Source: Candidatus Spyradenecus sp. (GTDB lineage Bacteria > Verrucomicrobiota > Verrucomicrobiia > Opitutales > UBA953). Taken from it: a stretch of 64,000 nucleotides of DNA. Positions 1-10,310 of this stretch are shown here, piece by piece (the stretch's first letter is position 1; the number at the start of each line of letters is the position of its first letter). Location of the stretch: NCBI GenBank assembly GCA_045535075.1, contig JAZSKX010000018.1, positions 308,146 to 372,145 of the forward strand. Direction: 5' to 3'. The translations under genes were made by a program, and so were the position numbers. The notes beneath the pieces were generated by a model. That model did no database searches, had not been told where the DNA came from, and saw only the letters and a program-made list of their open reading frames with translations.

Positions 1-1860
1 AACACGTTTATTCATTTGTAATTTTTGCGAATACGAAAGCGATCGCGCATTTGTTTCAAGCTTACCCGTGAAGCTTGCAGCCGTTCCCGTCACATTTTCC
101 TTTTGAACCTGAACAAGCGCGTCAAAGGGAAGTTCAATTTTTTCCGAAAACTCAGCCGTACGGGAACAGGAATCCCTAAACGCGTAGCGCCGTTCGTCAA
201 TTTTTGTATTTATTTTTTCATAACGCCGCCCCTGAGCGAAAACATTTTTAAAGACGATCGGCTCATAAATCAAAATACCTTCCGCGCTTGCCGCATAATT
301 CGGGATTTTAAATTTCGCTTTGAGTTTCAACGGCATTTCGAGATAGCTCCGCCAATCGTTCCCAAGTTCGAGACTTTCGATTTCAACATTCGGAGCAATC
401 GCATAAATCTCCCGCTCGATTTTCTGAACCCAGTCTTCGACATAGCCTTCGCAGTAGGCGCGACGGATCCTTGCATCTGTCTGTCCTTCCGCCTCAAGCA
501 CATATTCCGCGTGAAGCGTACCGTCCGCATCCAGTTTCCCCGTAACATTCACGCGCAAGTAATGATTTTCCGCGGGAGCGACAGGCGTTTTACACAAATC
601 CGAGCCTTCGGGAACGCCCGGCAAATAATGCTGTTGAGATTCTGCGGAAGACCAAAGTTCCCGCACAAACGGAACCCAAGTCGGATCAAGCGGCTCCCAC
701 TTGCCGGCGACTTTCACAAGCGCAACACTGTGGTTAAAATGGTCTGCGGGAAGGGATTCGATACGCGATCCCGCCATCGTCATTGCCGGGCAAGCCTCAA
801 AACCTGCCATTCGCAACATTGAAATCAGCAACGCCGCCTTGTCTTTGCAAACGCCGCAACGATCCGTAAAATTCATATCTGTAGGGTGAAGCGTATAGCC
901 TTCCCCTTTCCCCATCGAAATCCCCGAATAACGCATGTTGTCGGCGACCCAATGAGTCAGACGCGCAATTTTTTCCCGATCGGTTTTCGCTCCCGCGATA
1001 ATCTCATCAACCTTGCGTTGCGCATTCGGAGTCGGCAAAAAACTTCCGAAGTCCTCGTTAACACGATGAAACCAAAGAGACTTCTCCCGCCACGAACGCG
1101 TTGTTGTCAGCTGGAGCTTTGGAGCGACATCAAATAAATCCGCCATGTTGTCTTCTTTCTGAAACGGAAGTATATCCTTCGAAACAAAACGATATTCGGT
1201 TTTCCCGTCATCAAGAAAATTTACTTCCGGAACAACGCTTCCCTGGTAAAACTTGTACTGAAGGGGCTTGCGAATCGCCACGGAATAAACTTTCTCGCAT
1301 ACGGGAGCATCTACACTCCAGAACGGAACGATATCATAAAACTCGCCTCGCATCGGAGGGATAAATTTTTCCTCTTCCGCATTTCCGCTACCTGCTCCGG
1401 AGCCCCCCGAAGCACCGTCGAGCAAGGCGTATGTAAATCCCTTTTTATCAATTCCGTATTCGAGAACATCTCCTTTTTCGAGACGTCCGACTTCAAGCAT
1501 AATTTGCCTTGCGCCCCAGTAAATTGCACGTGCCGGAGCCGCATAATCACAAGCATTCGCGCAATCGAGCTCCCGAACGCTTCCGTCCGGCTTAATAATT
1601 CTCGCAAACGCGAATTCGGCAAACGCCGTAAGCGGATCGTAATCATACTTAACAATACGATTCGCCAATGCGCCTTTCTCGTTGTTGATTTTTATTTTTT
1701 TGAAAAGGCGAAAAATTCCGCTCCCGTTGTCGGCAACATCGACATGGATTTTGTCGCTAAGCACGATGTAATCCGCCTTATTCGCAAGCTCATCAAATTC
1801 CGTTCCCGCAAAAGCGGAGATTCCAAACAGTCCGACACTCCAAAGCAATTTCCGAATCAT
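1..1860 (-). CDS. Secreted DUF3857/transglutaminase-like domain protein (3' end beyond window edge)
   Basis: Absent from the ORF track because it has no stop in the window. Manual translation of parts from ATG 1860 gives a signal peptide (MIRKLLWSVGLFGISAFAG), then DYAAPARAIYWGARQIMLE and the transglutaminase core GVCKDKAALLISMLR...PADHFNHSVA in the same frame. The frame is still open at position 1. Confidence 0.8.
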   Translation of the reverse strand, partial: MIRKLLWSVGLFGISAFAGTEFDELANKADYIVLSDKIHVDVADNGSGIFRLFKKIKINNEKGALANRIVKYDYDPLTAFAEFAFARIIKPDGSVRELDCANACDYAAPARAIYWGARQIMLEVGRLEKGDVLEYGIDKKGFTYALLDGASGGSGAGSGNAEEEKFIPPMRGEFYDIVPFWSVDAPVCEKVYSVAIRKPLQYKFYQGSVVPEVNFLDDGKTEYRFVSKDILPFQKEDNMADLFDVAPKLQLTTTRSWREKSLWFHRVNEDFGSFLPTPNAQRKVDEIIAGAKTDREKIARLTHWVADNMRYSGISMGKGEGYTLHPTDMNFTDRCGVCKDKAALLISMLRMAGFEACPAMTMAGSRIESLPADHFNHSVALVKVAGKWEPLDPTWVPFVRELWSSAESQQHYLPGVPEGSDLCKTPVAPAENHYLRVNVTGKLDADGTLHAEYVLEAEGQTDARIRRAYCEGYVEDWVQKIEREIYAIAPNVEIESLELGNDWRSYLEMPLKLKAKFKIPNYAASAEGILIYEPIVFKNVFAQGRRYEKINTKIDERRYAFRDSCSRTAEFSEKIELPFDALVQVQKENVTGTAASFTGKLETNARSLSYSQKLQMNKRV

Positions 1861-1980
1861 GCGTTGATTCTAAAAAACTCCGGAGACGTCGTGCGATTTA
1901 ATTTTGAAAAGAAAATTCTTCCCCTTCTCTTCTCTCCGGCTACATTTGGCCCCTAAAATTAAGGAACAACAAAAAACACG

Positions 1981-2007
1981 AAGGCCGCTCCCGACGGGAA
2001 CGGCCTT
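1981..2007 (-). terminator. Intrinsic terminator after rplQ, built from the CGGGAACG motif and a variant
   Basis: Hairpin AAGGCCGCTCCCG-A-CGGGAACGGCCTT, followed on the minus strand by a T-rich run. Confidence 0.7.
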
Positions 2008-2033
2008 TGTCGTCTAGATTTAGCGAATAATAC

Positions 2034-2537
2034 TTATTCTGCTGCTACAGGAGCCGGAGCTTCCTCTGCAACGGGAGCTGCCTCCGCGGGAACTTCTTCC
2101 GCTTTAGCTTTCTTCGCCGGAGCTTTTTTCGGAGCCTTCTTGTAGCCTTCATCGTCCGCAGCGATCAGCTCAATGAGTGCCATCGGCGTAGCGTCGCCGA
2201 TACGCGGAATCGCGAGCTTGTAAATGCGGGTATAGCCGCCGTTGCGGCTCAAGAATTCCTGTGCGCGCTTGTTGAAAAGCACGGCAACGGGTTCTTCCTG
2301 ACGAACCTTGGCGAGAGCAAGGCGATAGTAGTGAAGTTTCTTCACCTTGTCATCGGTTTGAGCCGCCTTCTTCGCAAGCGTAACAATCTTTTCCGCGAAC
2401 GGGCGGAGAGCCTTTGCTTTAGCAAGCGTGGTTTGGATACGGCCATGAAGGAAAAGCGCTCCCGCCAGAGATGCCATGAGAGCCTGGCGGTGTTCTTTCT
2501 TAACGCCGAGTTGATAACGGTGTTTGCAGTGACGCAT
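2034..2537 (-). CDS. rplQ: 50S ribosomal protein L17 (with Ala/Lys/Glu-rich tail)
   Basis: MRH..., IQTTLAKAKALR, RNGGYTRI motifs; follows rpoA. Confidence 0.98.
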   Translation of the reverse strand: MRHCKHRYQLGVKKEHRQALMASLAGALFLHGRIQTTLAKAKALRPFAEKIVTLAKKAAQTDDKVKKLHYYRLALAKVRQEEPVAVLFNKRAQEFLSRNGGYTRIYKLAIPRIGDATPMALIELIAADDEGYKKAPKKAPAKKAKAEEVPAEAAPVAEEAPAPVAAE

Positions 2538-2571
2538 GATGTTTTAAATTTCTATTTTTAATGGTTGAGGA

Positions 2572-3708
2572 TTACTCTTCGTCTTCGTTGCCGTCAACGG
2601 TCGGACCGAGATCTTCGGTTGCATATTCTTCGCCGATTTCATCGTCTTCCTCAGAGATTTCGGGAAGAGCACCGGAAGCGCGCATATCGGCAAGCGCCTT
2701 GTGATGCGCAGCAATAATATCGCGATCGATGAGACGTTCGTCGAGCTTCATGCCAAGCGAAAGGCCGAGCTGTTCAAGTTTCGCCTTAATTTCGTTAAGC
2801 GATTTCTTCCCGAAATTGCGATACTTAAGCATTTCTGCTTCCGACTTGAGAGCGAGCTCGCCCACAGTCGTAATATTCGCGTTATTCAAGCAGTTCGCAG
2901 CACGCACCGAAAGTTCGATTTCGTTAACGCTCATATTGAGGAGTTTGCGAAGGCGATTTTGTTCTTCGCTGACTTCCTTGCCTTCTGTTTCGAATTCGAT
3001 TTTTTCATCCGAAACAGAATCAAAGACATCAAGGTGATGACGGAGAATCGCCGCCGCATCCTTGAGTGCTTCATCCGGAGAAGTCCGTCCGTCCGTCCAA
3101 ATTTCAAGAATCAGCTTATCGTAGTCAGTCATTTGTCCGACGCGCGTATTTTCGACGCTGTAGCGAACCAAACGAACCGGAGAGAAGAGTGAGTCGATAG
3201 CGATAACGCCAATCGCTTGGTCGGGAGCTTTGTTTCCTTCCGCCGGGCACCAGGAGCGACCGACGCGAACGCAAAGCTCCATGCGGAGACGACGTTTCTT
3301 GTTGATGGTGCAAATAACCTGATCCGGATTAATAATTTCAAGATCGGAAACGAGCTGAATATCCTGCGCCGTAACCGGTCCTTCGCGATCAACGTCGATA
3401 AGAACGTTGAAAGTGTCGCTCTTGTGCGCACGGATGATAACCTTTTTGAGATTTAAGACAACATCCGTAACATCTTCAACGACATCGTCGATGGACTGAA
3501 ATTCATGGTCCACTCCATCAATCTTGACAGAGCAGATTGCTGCGCCCTCGATAGAGCTGAGGAGCACGCGACGGAGCGCATTGCCCATCGTTTGCCCATA
3601 GCCCGTCTCAAACGGCTCTGCAATGAATTTTGCGTAAGTATCAGTCGATACCGTTTCATCTTTTTTGAGATGTTTCGGTAATTCAAATTTCCCAAGACGT
3701 TTTGGCAT
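2572..3708 (-). CDS. rpoA: RNA polymerase alpha subunit
   Basis: EPFETGYGQTMGNALRRVLLSSIEG, LSVRAANCL and NFGKKSLNEI motifs; acidic C-terminal extension. Confidence 0.99.
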   Translation of the reverse strand: MPKRLGKFELPKHLKKDETVSTDTYAKFIAEPFETGYGQTMGNALRRVLLSSIEGAAICSVKIDGVDHEFQSIDDVVEDVTDVVLNLKKVIIRAHKSDTFNVLIDVDREGPVTAQDIQLVSDLEIINPDQVICTINKKRRLRMELCVRVGRSWCPAEGNKAPDQAIGVIAIDSLFSPVRLVRYSVENTRVGQMTDYDKLILEIWTDGRTSPDEALKDAAAILRHHLDVFDSVSDEKIEFETEGKEVSEEQNRLRKLLNMSVNEIELSVRAANCLNNANITTVGELALKSEAEMLKYRNFGKKSLNEIKAKLEQLGLSLGMKLDERLIDRDIIAAHHKALADMRASGALPEISEEDDEIGEEYATEDLGPTVDGNEDEE

Positions 3709-3743
3709 TTTCGGTATCTTCTAATTAGATGATTAAAAGTGGA

Positions 3744-4352
3744 TTAGCGGCTGTAGAATTCAACGATGAGTTGGACGTTGATGTCCTGAGCCATTTCTTC
3801 ACGAGCCGGTTTGCGATCAACCGTACCTTCAAGCGTTCCCGCCGTGAGTGTGAGCCACGCCGGAACCGGACGCGTCTGATTTTCTTCCACTCCGCGAGTT
3901 GCGAGTTGTTTTGAGGAAGTACGATTGCGGACTTCAATCTTGTCGCCGACGCTGCAGCAGAAGCTCGGAATGTCGACTTTATGTCCGTTTACGCAGATAT
4001 GTCCGTGACCGACCAACTGGCGAGCGGCACGGCGCGTATTCGCAAAGCCCAAGAGATAGACGACGCTATCCAGGCGCATTTCAAGGAGCGTAAGGAAGTT
4101 TTCACCGACAACGCCACCCATGCGCTTTGCGCGGGCGTACGTAAGACGGAACTGCTTTTCGCCGAGACCATACATGAAGCGGAGCTTCTGCTTCTCATTC
4201 AGGCCGATGGAATATTCCGAAGCCTTACGACGAAGCGTGGGGCCGTGAACTCCCGGAGGATACGGCTTGCGTTCCTCTGCCTTACAGGTCGGAAGAATAT
4301 TCTGACCAAAACGGCGATTTAACTTACTGGTGGGTCCTGTGTATCGTGACAT
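3744..4352 (-). CDS. rpsD: 30S ribosomal protein S4
   Basis: MSRYTGP, LEMRLDSVVY, ARQLVGHGHI, IVEFYSR. Confidence 0.99.
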   Translation of the reverse strand: MSRYTGPTSKLNRRFGQNILPTCKAEERKPYPPGVHGPTLRRKASEYSIGLNEKQKLRFMYGLGEKQFRLTYARAKRMGGVVGENFLTLLEMRLDSVVYLLGFANTRRAARQLVGHGHICVNGHKVDIPSFCCSVGDKIEVRNRTSSKQLATRGVEENQTRPVPAWLTLTAGTLEGTVDRKPAREEMAQDINVQLIVEFYSR

Positions 4353-4476
4353 TTCTGTATTATTTTTGGCGGCTTAATCGACTGCCCGGGTTGCCATTGC
4401 CGGACAGGAATAGAAAAGAGCGAGAAAGCCTGCAAAAACCGAAAAGGAATTTGCAGGCAAAAATCCGTTATTCCAA

Positions 4477-4950
4477 TTAAACGCGACGGCGCTTCGGCGG
4501 ACGGCATCCGTTATGCGGAACCGGCGTAACGTCCGTAATCGAAAGAACATTCAATCCAAGCGATTGAAGTGCGCGGATCGCAGAGTCGCGTCCCATTCCC
4601 GGACCGCGAACTTTGACGATAACGTCTTTCAAACCATGCGACATCGCAACGCGAGCGGCATCCTGACAAACAACCTGCGCGGCAAAAGCCGTAGACTTAC
4701 GGGAACCGCGGAAATTGCATTGCCCGGACGAAGAGCGGGAAATCACGTTCCCGTTCGTGTCGCAAAAAGTAATTTTCGTATTATTGAAAGTTGCAAGAAT
4801 ATTGCAGACACCGGTCGTAATATTCTTAGAGCCTTTGGCTCGGCGCACCTTGATTTCTTCCAAACCTTCGGCAAGCAAATCTTTCGCCGTGATTTCTTTC
4901 TTTTCAGGAGCTGCGGGAGCAACTTCTTTCTTGACTTCTTCTTGACTCAT
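4477..4950 (-). CDS. rpsK: 30S ribosomal protein S11 (N-terminal extension)
   Basis: [34 protein letters not shown]. Confidence 0.99.
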   Translation of the reverse strand: MSQEEVKKEVAPAAPEKKEITAKDLLAEGLEEIKVRRAKGSKNITTGVCNILATFNNTKITFCDTNGNVISRSSSGQCNFRGSRKSTAFAAQVVCQDAARVAMSHGLKDVIVKVRGPGMGRDSAIRALQSLGLNVLSITDVTPVPHNGCRPPKRRRV

Positions 4951-4970
4951 TGAAAGTAGCTTTCTGTTAA

Positions 4971-5342
4971 TTATTTGGAAACGACACCAATCGTCTTGCG
5001 CGCGCCCTTACGGGTACGAGCATTGGTCTTCGTGCGCTGTCCGCGAACCGGAAGACCGCGGAAATGGCGGAGTCCGCGATAGGATTTGATGGACTGCAAG
5101 CGCTTGACGTTCCCGCTGATTTCGCGGCGAAGGTCGCCTTCGCATTTGTAGCCTCGTTCAACAATATAGTTGACGATTTTGTTGAGCTGTTCTTCCGTAA
5201 GCTTGTCGGAACGAAGCGCGGGATCGATCCCGAGAGCGTTCACGATCTCCGTGGCACGGGTCGGGCCGATACCATAGATATAGCGCAACGCGAATTCGAC
5301 GCGTTTGTTATTCGGAATGTCTACACCAAGTAAGCGTGGCAT
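4971..5342 (-). CDS. rpsM: 30S ribosomal protein S13
   Basis: [34 protein letters not shown]. Confidence 0.99.
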   Translation of the reverse strand: MPRLLGVDIPNNKRVEFALRYIYGIGPTRATEIVNALGIDPALRSDKLTEEQLNKIVNYIVERGYKCEGDLRREISGNVKRLQSIKSYRGLRHFRGLPVRGQRTKTNARTRKGARKTIGVVSK

Positions 5343-5444
5343 GGATTTTTATGTTTTATCGTTTGTTTAGAAAGGGAAAAGTTTGAAAGGATGTCAAAAC
5401 TTCTCGTAATTTGAAAGAAAAAAAATAAAAAACGGAAAGAAGCC

Positions 5445-6206
5445 TCAGAGTGTTGTAAGAATTTCCGGTTCATCCTCCGTGATTAGAATTGTGTGTTCTG
5501 CGTGTGCAGCGGGCTTTCGGTCTCGTGTTAAAACCGTCCATCCGTCTTCTGCGATATCAATAAGATGGGTTCCCATGTTAATCATAGGCTCAATAGCTAA
5601 AGTCATCCCCGGGCGTAGCTTCTCTCCTTTGTGCGGCTTTCCGTAGTTTGGCACTTGCGGATCTTCGTGCATAGAACGCCCTACTCCATGACCGGTAAAT
5701 TCTCTTACAATTCCGTAACCGTACGGTTTCACAAACTGTTCGATCGCATGAGAAATATCTCCGATCCTGTTCCCGCGCTTTGCAGCCGCAATTCCGGCGT
5801 AAAGAGCCTTTTCCGTTACTTCGCAAAGTTTTCGGACAGGTTCCGCAACCGGTTCAATCAAAACCGTTCGCGTATTATCTCCGACAAAGCCTTTGTAGCG
5901 AGTAACGACATCCAGCGAAACAATATCCCCCGGCTGAATCGTCCGACGCATCGTCCCGATCCCGTGAATAACCTCTTCATTCACGGAAACACAAATATAG
6001 CCCGGGAAAACAAGATTGCCGTACCGGTAATTGTGGCTTGTGCTTTCCGCTCCAAGTTCCTCAATTACTTTGCGTGCGAAATTATCGATATCGTAAGTTG
6101 TCATTCCCGCTTCGACGAATTTAGCCGTGCGGTCAAGCACCTGCGCAGCGACCTTGCAGGCTTCACGCATCAGAGAAATTTCGGTTGTAGAAAGCGGAAT
6201 GATCAT
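5445..6206 (-). CDS. map: Methionine aminopeptidase type I
   Basis: SVNEEVIHGI, GHGVG, EPMIN and AHAEHT metal-site motifs; follows secY. Confidence 0.98.
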   Translation of the reverse strand: MIIPLSTTEISLMREACKVAAQVLDRTAKFVEAGMTTYDIDNFARKVIEELGAESTSHNYRYGNLVFPGYICVSVNEEVIHGIGTMRRTIQPGDIVSLDVVTRYKGFVGDNTRTVLIEPVAEPVRKLCEVTEKALYAGIAAAKRGNRIGDISHAIEQFVKPYGYGIVREFTGHGVGRSMHEDPQVPNYGKPHKGEKLRPGMTLAIEPMINMGTHLIDIAEDGWTVLTRDRKPAAHAEHTILITEDEPEILTTL

Positions 6207-6239
6207 TTTGTAAAAGAACAGAAACGACGATTCGCAATA

Positions 6240-7787
6240 TTACGCAGCAGCAGGGACAAGCGTGTAAGCTTGCCATGCGTTAATCCCGTAAGCGATCAGT
6301 CCGAGAATGAAAATTCCGAGCAAAACGTAGGTCAAACGCCCAATTCCCTTTTCCTCGCCGACTTCTGCAATACGGCGGGAACGAGACGGGAGCGGTGTCG
6401 CTACGCCTCCGATTCGGCTTTTCTTAAGAAAACCTTCATAATGACGTTGCAGGAGCAAAGATTCCACCTGGCGCATCGTATCCAAAACAACCCCGACAGC
6501 GATAAGTCCGCTCGTCCCTCCGATAACCCGTGCCAAACGCGGGAAAAGGTTGAGATTGTAGATAAAATAATCCGGAATTAATGCAATCACCACGAGGAAA
6601 ATACCTCCGGCAAATGTAAGACGATTCATGACGAACTCAAGATACGCAGCCGTATGCTGCCCCGGACGGATTCCCGGAATATAGCCGTTGTTCTTCTTCA
6701 AATCGTCCGCGACCTGAATCGGTTTAAACATCACCGAAACCCAAAAGAAGCTGAATGTAAAAACAAAAGCTCCCATCAGGAAATAATATACGCTCTGTCC
6801 CGGCATCACGTAAGAACTCCAGGGCAGAAGGAAGCTCAATGCCGGAGTCGAAGTTCCGAGCCACGTCAGCGGCATCGAAAGGAAGGATAAAATTGCTCCG
6901 GCAAAAATAACCGGCATAACTCCCGCGTAGTTAACTTTCATCGGAAGGTACGTCGTCTGACCGCCGTACATCTTACGCCCGACAACACGTTTTGCGTATT
7001 GAACGGGAATCTTGCGGACAGCTTGCGTAATCATAACCAGCAATGCACATCCGACCACGAAGAGGGCAATCATCCCTACAAATTTCAGGAATGTATACTC
7101 CGACGCTCCGGTTCCATCCACGACCGTTTCACCGAAAAGGCCCGAAATAAAAGGAGAAATCGCTTGCGGCATGTCCGCAACAATCCCGAGAACAATGAGG
7201 ATTGAAGCTCCGTTTCCAATACCCCGCTGCGTAATTTGCTCTCCAAGCCAAGTCATAATTACCGCTCCCGCCGTCAGGATGATTGTTCCCATAACGACAA
7301 AAAGCGTTTTATCGCATACGAGAATACTACCCGTAAACTCGTTGATCCCGAGTGCCCGACCGACCGTTTCCGGATTGGAAAGCATGTTCGTGATCATAAG
7401 CCCTTGGATAAGAGCAATTACGATTGTCATGTAGCGCGTGTATTGCGCAATCTTCTGCTGTCCGTTCTCTTCCTGACGCAGACGAGCCAAGCTCGGAAGC
7501 ACGGCCCCCATTAACTGCATGATAATCGACGCACTGATGTAAGGCATAATCCCAAGCGCAAAAATTGCGCCCTTCAGCATTGCCCCACCCGTGAACGCAT
7601 TATACAAGCCGACGACTCCGTTCCCCTTCTGAAGAAGTTGATCGACGAAGCTCGTAAGCATCGTCAAATCAATCCCCGGAAGCGGGAGATTGCCACCGAT
7701 ACGGGAGATAAAAATCAACCCGAGCGTAACAATAATCCGATTCCGGAGTTCGGGAACGCGCCAGCAATTAAAGAAGGCCGAAAACAT
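6240..7787 (-). CDS. secY: Preprotein translocase SecY
   Basis: FALGIMPYISASIIMQL, WLGEQIT.RGIGNG, IPGIRPG and GGTSGLIAVGV motifs. Confidence 0.99.
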   Translation of the reverse strand: MFSAFFNCWRVPELRNRIIVTLGLIFISRIGGNLPLPGIDLTMLTSFVDQLLQKGNGVVGLYNAFTGGAMLKGAIFALGIMPYISASIIMQLMGAVLPSLARLRQEENGQQKIAQYTRYMTIVIALIQGLMITNMLSNPETVGRALGINEFTGSILVCDKTLFVVMGTIILTAGAVIMTWLGEQITQRGIGNGASILIVLGIVADMPQAISPFISGLFGETVVDGTGASEYTFLKFVGMIALFVVGCALLVMITQAVRKIPVQYAKRVVGRKMYGGQTTYLPMKVNYAGVMPVIFAGAILSFLSMPLTWLGTSTPALSFLLPWSSYVMPGQSVYYFLMGAFVFTFSFFWVSVMFKPIQVADDLKKNNGYIPGIRPGQHTAAYLEFVMNRLTFAGGIFLVVIALIPDYFIYNLNLFPRLARVIGGTSGLIAVGVVLDTMRQVESLLLQRHYEGFLKKSRIGGVATPLPSRSRRIAEVGEEKGIGRLTYVLLGIFILGLIAYGINAWQAYTLVPAAA

Positions 7788-7812
7788 TCGTACGCGTCAT
7801 TCTGCCGCCGAA

Positions 7813-8280
7813 TTATTCAGCGGCGGCTTCTTCTACAGAGCAGGAAAGGACTTCGACTTTCCCGCCGGCAGCTTCAATCTTAGCCTTAGCGGAATCGGAG
7901 AATTTTTGTGCCGAAACCGTAACGGCTTTCGAGATTTCGCCCATGCCAAGCACTTTAATGAAAAGCTCGTTTGCACGAACCAGCCCGGCACGAACCATCG
8001 CATCACGATCAATTACATCGCCTTCAATTTTCGCGAGCTGACCGACATTGACAACCGCAAATTCAACGCGGTTGACATTACGGAAGCCGCGATGCGGAAG
8101 CTTACGATAAAGCGGCATCTGACCACCTTCAAAGCCGGGGCGAACACCTCCGCCGGAACGGGCTTTCATCCCTTTGTGCCCGCGACCGGAAGTTTTTCCG
8201 TGTCCGCTTCCCATCCCGCAACCGAGACGTTTATGACGGTGCGTCGAACCTTCAATTTTAGGAAGAGTGTGAAGTTTCAT
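7813..8280 (-). CDS. rplO: 50S ribosomal protein L15
   Basis: GSGHGKTSGRGHKG, GFEGGQMPLYRKLP. Confidence 0.99.
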   Translation of the reverse strand: MKLHTLPKIEGSTHRHKRLGCGMGSGHGKTSGRGHKGMKARSGGGVRPGFEGGQMPLYRKLPHRGFRNVNRVEFAVVNVGQLAKIEGDVIDRDAMVRAGLVRANELFIKVLGMGEISKAVTVSAQKFSDSAKAKIEAAGGKVEVLSCSVEEAAAE

Positions 8281-8308
8281 TTTAACTATGAACTAAATAT
8301 ATTATTAA

Positions 8309-8923
8309 TTACGAGCGCGAAGCACGAATTTGTTCGAGCGTGCGCAACTTGCAAAGCCCGTCAAGCGTCGCCTTCACGAGAGCACCCGGATTATTGGAAC
8401 CAAGCGACTTCGAAAGTACGTCTTTGACTCCCGCAACTTCGAGCACCGCGCGAACTCCGCCGCCGGCAATAACACCGGTACCGGGTGATGCCGGGCGAAG
8501 AAGAACCTGACCTCCGTCATGAGAACCAAGGACTTCGTGCGGAATCGTATTGTTACGGAGCTGAACCGGGATCAAATTCTTGTGAGCACGTTCCGTGCCC
8601 TTACGAATTGCATCCGGAACTTCTTTCGCCTTACCGTAACCGATGCCGACATTTCCTTTCCCGTCACCGGAAACGACCAATGCAGCAAAGCTGAAGCGAC
8701 GTCCGCCCTTAACAACCTTAGCACAGCGATTAATGTGGACAACCTTGTCGATGTACTCGGAAGCTTCCGCTTCCTGGCGAGGAGCACGACGATCATTACG
8801 ACGACCGCCCTGACGACCGTTCCCGCGACCGCGGGGTGCCTGTTGGATGGGAGCTACAGCTTCCGCCGCCGGCGTTTCAACCGGAGCAACTGTATTTTCA
8901 GGAGCTGAAATTTCTTGCGACAT
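8309..8923 (-). CDS. rpsE: 30S ribosomal protein S5
   Basis: [28 protein letters not shown]. Confidence 0.99.
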   Translation of the reverse strand: MSQEISAPENTVAPVETPAAEAVAPIQQAPRGRGNGRQGGRRNDRRAPRQEAEASEYIDKVVHINRCAKVVKGGRRFSFAALVVSGDGKGNVGIGYGKAKEVPDAIRKGTERAHKNLIPVQLRNNTIPHEVLGSHDGGQVLLRPASPGTGVIAGGGVRAVLEVAGVKDVLSKSLGSNNPGALVKATLDGLCKLRTLEQIRASRS

Positions 8924-8932
8924 GGTAAATCC

Positions 8933-9298
8933 TTAGAATTGAAGTCCTGCTTCGCGGAGAGCTTCCGCGAATGCCTTGACGGTTCCGTGATAGCGACGAC
9001 CCGCACGGTCAAAAACGATGGCGTTAACACCGGCCGCTTTCGCCTTTTCCCCAAAAATCTTTCCGAAAGCTTTTGCACCCGCAACATTCGGAAGAATTTT
9101 TTGGGCTCGCAAATCTTTTTGAGTCGTAGAGCCGCCAAGAATGGTGCGCCCTTCGCCATCGACAATAACTTGCGCGTGAATGTGGAGATTCGTGAATTTC
9201 ACAACCAAGCGCGGACGTTCCGCCGTGCCCACAACCGTCTTACGAATACGATAGCGACGGCGTTGCAAAAGTTTAATTTTTCTGTCGTTCTTTTTCAT
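8933..9298 (-). CDS. rplR: 50S ribosomal protein L18
   Basis: GTAERPRL, VFDRAGRRYHG, REAGLQF. Confidence 0.98.
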   Translation of the reverse strand: MKKNDRKIKLLQRRRYRIRKTVVGTAERPRLVVKFTNLHIHAQVIVDGEGRTILGGSTTQKDLRAQKILPNVAGAKAFGKIFGEKAKAAGVNAIVFDRAGRRYHGTVKAFAEALREAGLQF

Positions 9299-9318
9299 TT
9301 ATCAGAAAACGTTAGAGA

Positions 9319-9855
9319 TTATGCGGTTTTCTTGCCTTCCTTGCGGAGGACGAATTCACCGACGATACGGACGCCCTTGCCCTTGTACGGTTCAACCGGT
9401 TTGAATGCCTTGATGTCAGCAGCAACCTGTCCGACGACGCGCTTGTCAGCTCCGGAAATGTCAATCTTGACGCCATCCGTAATGACGACCTTAATCCCTG
9501 CGGGAACGTCGTAAATAATCGGATGGGATTGCCCGAGAGCAAGATCCAACTTGTTCCCGCTGAGCACGGCTTTGAAGCCGACCCCTTGAATTTCAAGTTG
9601 TTTCGAATAACCTTCCGTAACACCCTTAACCATATTGTTAACGATGGCACGAGCCGTCCCGTGCATAGCACCGGCAAAGCGCGTATCATTCAACGGGTTG
9701 ACGTGAACAAGATTTTCTTCGACTTTGATTTCAACACAATCCGCAAACGTTTGCGAAAGTTTACCCTTGGGACCTTCAACGCTAACGGTGTTCCCGTCAA
9801 CAGCAACTTTCACGCCCGCGGGAATTTGAACAGCGATTTTACCAATTCGACTCAT
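9319..9855 (-). CDS. rplF: 50S ribosomal protein L6
   Basis: MSRIGK, PVEPYKGKGVR. Confidence 0.99.
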   Translation of the reverse strand: MSRIGKIAVQIPAGVKVAVDGNTVSVEGPKGKLSQTFADCVEIKVEENLVHVNPLNDTRFAGAMHGTARAIVNNMVKGVTEGYSKQLEIQGVGFKAVLSGNKLDLALGQSHPIIYDVPAGIKVVITDGVKIDISGADKRVVGQVAADIKAFKPVEPYKGKGVRIVGEFVLRKEGKKTA

Positions 9856-9882
9856 TGTATTGTCTCCTTGTTGTACGGGTTA

Positions 9883-10278
9883 TTACCAAACCTGAGCGAG
9901 GATTTCGCCGCCGACCTTTTGTTGGCGGGCTTCCGCGTCGCTGAGAATACCTTTCGAGGTCGTGAGAACGGAAATTCCCATCCCTCCGATGACTTTCGGA
10001 ATATCGCTATAGCCGGTATAGATACGACGTCCCGGTTTCGAAATACGGTTGATTTCCGTAATAACCGGCTTTTTGCCGTTATATTTCAGGGTGATTTCGA
10101 TGACGGGAAGTTTGTTCTTCTCCGTTTTCGTAAAATCTGCAATATATCCCGCTTCTTTGAGAATACGGGCAACGCCTTCGCGAACCGAAGACCATTGAGC
10201 AGAAACGCTTTTCAGACCTGCGTGACTTCCGTTACGAATAATCGTAAGAAAATCGCCTAAGGTATCATGAGTAGCCAT
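9883..10278 (-). CDS. rpsH: 30S ribosomal protein S8
   Basis: DFLTIIRNG, ISKPGRRIY, GGEILAQVW. Confidence 0.99.
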   Translation of the reverse strand: MATHDTLGDFLTIIRNGSHAGLKSVSAQWSSVREGVARILKEAGYIADFTKTEKNKLPVIEITLKYNGKKPVITEINRISKPGRRIYTGYSDIPKVIGGMGISVLTTSKGILSDAEARQQKVGGEILAQVW

Positions 10279-10310
10279 ATTAAATTTTTCCTGTATTTGC
10301 GGTTAATAAA

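Noticed and set aside
25..1956. Plus-strand ORFs in the first 2 kb
   Set aside because: They are antisense to the real minus-strand gene starting at 1860.
5343..5444. Possible rpmJ or infA, and a promoter for rpsM
   Set aside because: No suitable ORF fits. A minus-strand TTGACA is present but has no convincing -10 box.
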